Position numbers and translations under genes: made by a program. This document shows positions 59,521-64,000 of a DNA stretch of 64,000 bases, piece after piece. Within the stretch, counting starts at the first letter, position 1, and every line of letters begins with the position of its first letter. The stretch spans positions 704,001 through 768,000 of the forward strand of contig JAYFMW010000017.1 of the NCBI GenBank assembly GCA_042408215.1. The letters run 5' to 3'. The notes beneath the pieces were generated by a model that had not been told where the DNA came from, made no database searches, and was given only the letters and a program-made list of their open reading frames with translations. The stretch comes from Microcoleus sp. Its GTDB lineage: Bacteria; Cyanobacteriota; Cyanobacteriia; Cyanobacteriales; Microcoleaceae.

Positions 59521-61563
59521 TCAACCATTCAGGGGTAAAGTTGGGCCGGCTGGGGGTAAAACTTGGCGGTGAACAGTTACTTTGTGGCTTTCCCGCTGAG
59601 TTTGCATTTCGACGGCGATCGCCTCAAATTCGACTTCCATGCAGCCGTAGGGGATTTCTAATTCGACTGTGGCTTGGATCTTACCCAGCCCGTTAGGTTT
59701 AAATTCGGTGATCCAGTGCGGCCCGTCGATAATTAGGTAGGTTTGGCGATCGTACACCCAAATTTTGACGTAAATTCGGGGCATGAATTCTGGTAGTTGT
59801 ACTCGCACTTTTACTAGACGCCCTGCGAGTATTTCGTTGCGGGGAAGTTCTAGAACTGGCATGGGTACTAAGTCGTCTTCTGGCAAAATGTAGGGGGTTA
59901 GGGCTGTTGTTTCTGCTTCGGTAGTTGTGGCTTTGGTACTAACTTGTGGCGGTGGTGGCGAGGATTCCTCGAAGATGACAAATTCTTGGGCTTCGGTGCT
60001 AGTGGATTTTGGATCGGGGATGATAATTTCTTGGACTTCGCTGGTTTCGGCTGGCTGTTCTGTTGGGCTGCTAATGTCGGGGACGGCAATTTCGTCGCTG
60101 CTATTTTCGTCGTCTTGTTGAGTTGGCGATAGTGCGGTTGCTGTTAGCCATTCGGGGGATTCGCTGTTGCTGGCTAAGGAACTCAGTCGCGACCAAAATC
60201 TATTTTGGACGTTTAAGGTTTGAAATGCCTGTTTTGTAGGTGCTGGCTGGGTTTCTGGTGCTGCTGTTTCTGGTTGGGGCCTATTTTCTAGTTTTGGCTC
60301 GATGGGTGCTGTTTCGGCTGTTTGAAGGGGATTTGGGAAGTCGGTCGGTGGTTGGTGAGCGTAGTCGAACCGGGTTTGGGAGTCGATCGCTCTGGTCTCT
60401 GTTTGAGAGGTATTGGAGACTTCTGAGAGCAATTTGTCTCGGTTGCTGTCAGGCGGTTTGTGGCCGAATGCGGGCAGTTCTAGTTGATGGGTACTGCGAT
60501 CGACCTCATACAGCGGACTGAGTTGAGGGGGTAAGGGTTCTGTTGTGGTAGATGTAGGGGGGGATGGATTGTCTAAGGATTTTTCGACTAGCTTGAGGAA
60601 TGATAAATTTGGTGGACTAGCAGGCTGTTTTGGCGCTGTTGGGGAGGGTTTTGTTTGGGGCTTTGGTTCGCCGAAATTGTCTTCTATTACATCTAGAATC
60701 TGCTCTAAACGGGCTGTAATTGTGAAAAATTGGGTGGCTAGGGGGACACTGCCACTGCTGAGAATTGCTTCTCCTAAAATTAGGCGGCTTTTACACTCGG
60801 CTGGTATGTAGGTGACGCAAGCAAAGAGACAAGGGGGAAGTTGTTCTGGCATCTGCTGTTGGATGGCTGCTAGAACTTGTGAGGTTTGGGGCTCGCGCAG
60901 GTAGATTTGCAGTTGTGCTGAACCGATGAGTTTTTTGAGTTCTTCGGTTTGGGAGTCGAGAATGGGGGTTGGGGGTTGGGGAAGGTCGATTTTGCCGGAA
61001 ATGATTAGGGGGCGACCGAGTTGGGCTACGAAGGTTTCTCGATCGAGCACGAGTTGCAGCTTGTCTGGGGATTTGGGCTGGGGGGTTTGGGGACTGGGGA
61101 ATTCGGAGATTTTGGGGCGATGCGATTCTGGTTTGGCTTGGTTTTGGGAAAACCGATCGCCGGGAGTAGCGAGGGATCCCTCATCTAGGGGTGGCTGGGG
61201 TGCTGCGGTTTCGGATTCTAGGGACAATACTTCTAATTGAACGCCGTGCTGCCAGGGTTTGGCTGGTTTGGATTGGGGATCGGGTAAGCAGGATAGTTGC
61301 CACATTCCGGGTTTGAGTCTGGTGTAGGGAATGATGACGACTAATCCTTCTGGGTTGGTGCGGGCCGATCGACTTTGGGCTTGTCGCTGGGGGGATACTT
61401 CGTGGAAGGAAGTGTAGAAGACGCGAATTTCGATGTCGGCGTTGGGATGCGGAATGCGGCCGACGACGCGGTATCTACCTTCTAGAATTTCCACTGAGGG
61501 GGTTTCTAGGGGCAACCAGGCGCGATCGCCTTCTTTCTGTAGCAAAAATTCTAATTTTTTCAT
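59521..61563 (-). CDS. Conserved cyanobacterial hypothetical protein, Pro-rich
   Basis: Long ORF; likely start MKKLEFLLQKEGDRAWLPL. Confidence 0.75.
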   Translation of the reverse strand: MKKLEFLLQKEGDRAWLPLETPSVEILEGRYRVVGRIPHPNADIEIRVFYTSFHEVSPQRQAQSRSARTNPEGLVVIIPYTRLKPGMWQLSCLPDPQSKPAKPWQHGVQLEVLSLESETAAPQPPLDEGSLATPGDRFSQNQAKPESHRPKISEFPSPQTPQPKSPDKLQLVLDRETFVAQLGRPLIISGKIDLPQPPTPILDSQTEELKKLIGSAQLQIYLREPQTSQVLAAIQQQMPEQLPPCLFACVTYIPAECKSRLILGEAILSSGSVPLATQFFTITARLEQILDVIEDNFGEPKPQTKPSPTAPKQPASPPNLSFLKLVEKSLDNPSPPTSTTTEPLPPQLSPLYEVDRSTHQLELPAFGHKPPDSNRDKLLSEVSNTSQTETRAIDSQTRFDYAHQPPTDFPNPLQTAETAPIEPKLENRPQPETAAPETQPAPTKQAFQTLNVQNRFWSRLSSLASNSESPEWLTATALSPTQQDDENSSDEIAVPDISSPTEQPAETSEVQEIIIPDPKSTSTEAQEFVIFEESSPPPPQVSTKATTTEAETTALTPYILPEDDLVPMPVLELPRNEILAGRLVKVRVQLPEFMPRIYVKIWVYDRQTYLIIDGPHWITEFKPNGLGKIQATVELEIPYGCMEVEFEAIAVEMQTQRESHKVTVHRQVLPPAGPTLPLNG

Positions 61564-61917
61564 CTTTTGTTTCCCCTTGAAGACCTCCGCTCTGTTAGTT
61601 AAAGGTTGGCGGTGGGTGGTTTTTCGGCAGCTACAGGCCGTCAATTATTTGATCTTTTACAGTTTATCACCTCGATCGGTCAAGTGTTGTCAGTTGTCAG
61701 TTGGCAGTTGTCAGTTGGTTATTTCGGTCCTGGACGCAGCTATTGTGTCTGTCATTCTGAGCTGCGCGACTAATGAAAGAATTACGTTGAAATGCCTAAG
61801 TCCTGTATTTGTTACCAATAACCTTCCAGGCTCTGCCTCCAATGCCCAATGCCCAATGCCCAATACCCAATGCCCAATGCTATAAGGCCCAATTCCTCAA
61901 CTCAAAACTATTCTACA

Positions 61918-63339
61918 TTACCAAGGACTACCGATGATGCTAAAAGCTGCCCAATAATATGGATGGGATAAGTTTTTGCCCTCCAGTTTGGGAATCGAAG
62001 GCGGCAGGAAGGTTTCGCCTCTAGAAGTTCGCAGTTTACCGTTTTCGATGTTGACTTTGCCTTCGATCGCAGCTATTTGTGCGAGGCGCATGGCTTCGGC
62101 TTTAATCATTGGGGGGTCTTTTGGTTGACTGACTTTTAAGTATTGGTAAAACTCGGTCATCAGGGCTAGGGTGCCGGCGTCGCTGACGTACCACAGGCTG
62201 GCGATCGCCGATTTGGCTCCTGATTGGAGTGCTAAACCTGCAAATCCTAGTTCTGCTTCTTTGTCTCCGATCGCTGTTCTACAAGCACTTAATACTAACA
62301 GTTCTAAGGGCGGATTGTTCCATTTTAAATCTCTCATTTGATCGAGTCCGAGCTGGGTGTCCCAAAATTGGATGTAGGAGTTATTTGGGGCTCCGGGTCG
62401 AAATTCTGCGTGGGTAGCAAGGTGGATGATGCCGTATCTTTGTTGCAGCCGCTGGGATTGCAAGTTTACGATGGTGAAGTCTTCGTCGATCAATGATTGA
62501 CCGGGCCATTGTTGGGCGATCGCACTTAGTTCTAACGGAACTGCTGGTAATGGTTGTTGGTTGGATGTTTCTGCAAAAATTGATGCCCCCATTGCTAGCA
62601 CTTTGGCGTTTCTAAGATCGGCGTAATTAATGTCTGTTAGTTTGAAAGCGGGGATGCGGGCTAGGCTATATTTTTGGATCAGAAATTGCAGTCCGTCGTG
62701 CATGGCGGCTAAGGGTAAGGTTCGCAAACCTGTACCAACGCAGAATAGTAGAGTGTCAATTTTTGCTATTTGCAAGTCTGTTTCTAGGGGGGCTATTATC
62801 CATTTGTAAAGTGTTTGAGCTGGTTCTAGATAGCTGGTGGTGTTGATTTTTATGGGGTTGGTGATTTCGCTAGTGAATTCTTTGGCTACTAACAGCAGTT
62901 TCTGTTGTTTGGCTTCGGGGATGCTGCGGTGAATTGGAGGTCGATCGGGCAATATTAAGATGAGTTCTAGTTGGTCATTGCGCGGTAGGGCGTAGATTAA
63001 AGCTGGTTTTTTCTTGGTTTGAACTGCTAAGCGGGATAGGGTTTTGGCGATTGCTGTGGCGTTTTTCGATCGCCCCGAAAAATTTTGGGCAAAATATTTC
63101 TGAAAGTCTTCTTCCCAGTCTTCCTCGATTCTAGTTACGGCTGCGGTGAGATCGCCGCGATCGAGAATTTGTCTCATTTCGGAGCCGTTGAGTCCTTCTG
63201 TTTGGTTGTTTTGGGCAATTGTAGCGAGATTGCCGGTACTCCAGCACAAAAAGATGACTGTCAAACAGTAGAAAATCGCTGTTTTAATTTTTTTCTGAAT
63301 TGTATTTTTGGCGCGGTGCTGCTGGGATTGATAGTGCAT
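61918..63339 (-). CDS. Standalone CHAT-domain protein with N-terminal hydrophobic segment
   Basis: [18 protein letters not shown] and HPYYWAAF; clearly similar to the C-terminus of 27015-36266. Confidence 0.9.
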   Translation of the reverse strand: MHYQSQQHRAKNTIQKKIKTAIFYCLTVIFLCWSTGNLATIAQNNQTEGLNGSEMRQILDRGDLTAAVTRIEEDWEEDFQKYFAQNFSGRSKNATAIAKTLSRLAVQTKKKPALIYALPRNDQLELILILPDRPPIHRSIPEAKQQKLLLVAKEFTSEITNPIKINTTSYLEPAQTLYKWIIAPLETDLQIAKIDTLLFCVGTGLRTLPLAAMHDGLQFLIQKYSLARIPAFKLTDINYADLRNAKVLAMGASIFAETSNQQPLPAVPLELSAIAQQWPGQSLIDEDFTIVNLQSQRLQQRYGIIHLATHAEFRPGAPNNSYIQFWDTQLGLDQMRDLKWNNPPLELLVLSACRTAIGDKEAELGFAGLALQSGAKSAIASLWYVSDAGTLALMTEFYQYLKVSQPKDPPMIKAEAMRLAQIAAIEGKVNIENGKLRTSRGETFLPPSIPKLEGKNLSHPYYWAAFSIIGSPW

Positions 63340-63820
63340 TGTTTTGTTGCTGACTGTACGGTTGAGGGTGCGGTTGGTGGCAGCAGTGGGAACAGATTTT
63401 AATAGTGTGGGTGGCTATATGCCGATCGTCGCCCGATTATAGCACTAAGCCTCAGCAGCTCTTCCTCTGTGGGGTGGGCACTCTGAGCCCGCCCGATCGT
63501 TAATCTTTGTATCCGTGCCGAAACCCGTCTCGTAGATTTACCGAGTTTTTGTAAAGTTTTGTAAAGTTTTTTGAGTTTTGCATAAAAATACCCGATCGCG
63601 ACAGAGAAAGAAATAGAGGGGAATACACAGGGAGGCGGCTTTAAGGAGGGGCTGAACCGGGAAAACGCACTCAATCTGTGAGAATTACAGCAGATTCCAC
63701 ATTTATGAAGGATACCGCGCGATCGATCTATCCCCACCGTAGGGACAAAGGCTTTCGCCCTTCTTCGTGTCAACTTAACGTCAAACCCTGTCACAGACTG
63801 CTGTTTGACTATTAACGCAA

Positions 63821-63902
63821 GATCCCCCCTAGCCCCCCTTAAGAAGGGGGGGACAAGAGTCTTTTCAAAGTCCCCCTTCTTAAGGGGGATTTAGGGGGAT
63901 CT
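63821..63902. repeat. C/G-rich palindromic dispersed repeat
   Basis: GATCCCCCCTAGCCCCCCTTAAGAAGGGGG...CCCCCTTCTTAAGGGGGATTTAGGGGGATC; same family as the insert at 22441. Confidence 0.75.
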
Positions 63903-64000
63903 AGACTTAGGGTAAAACCCAGATTTATCAAGGGTTTCAGCCTGGTTGTTGACACCTATGGGCACGCTTGAGTGTCCCTACTTCATAAACTTGGAATACG

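Overview
Chromosomal segment of a filamentous cyanobacterium, probably Oscillatoriales/Microcoleus-like (inferred from dense HIP1 GCGATCGC sites, heptamer STRR tandem repeats, REP-like palindromes, CP12 and the atpD-atpC pair). The backbone is housekeeping and signalling genes: leuB, pyrF/E fusion, truB, yidD, ligA, atpD/atpC, a PatA-like regulator, a kinase-AAA-GAF-SpoIIE protein, a hybrid kinase-adenylate cyclase, a 3083-aa FHA/CHAT exoprotein, an SLH porin and a FIST protein. Two accessory hotspots are rich in RNA-guided (OMEGA) elements. (1) 4.2-7.0 kb: an apparently intact IscB/omegaRNA transposon 40 bp upstream of an orphan type I-D-like CRISPR array. The upstream array units are register-shifted and the last repeat is cut by an IS630; the IscB guide also matches a duplicated site 74 bp upstream. 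(2) 49.37-53.33 kb: a nest of elements. An outer IS200/605-type omegaRNA-only element holds an IS607 whose TnpB has lost its RuvC-I aspartate, a second omegaRNA-only MITE, and an 815-bp element with IS607-like ends and a long hairpin-rich non-coding cargo; a further MITE lies just outside the nest. Single-base frameshifts in ligA, atpC and the cyclase suggest indel errors in the assembly, so pseudogene calls need caution.
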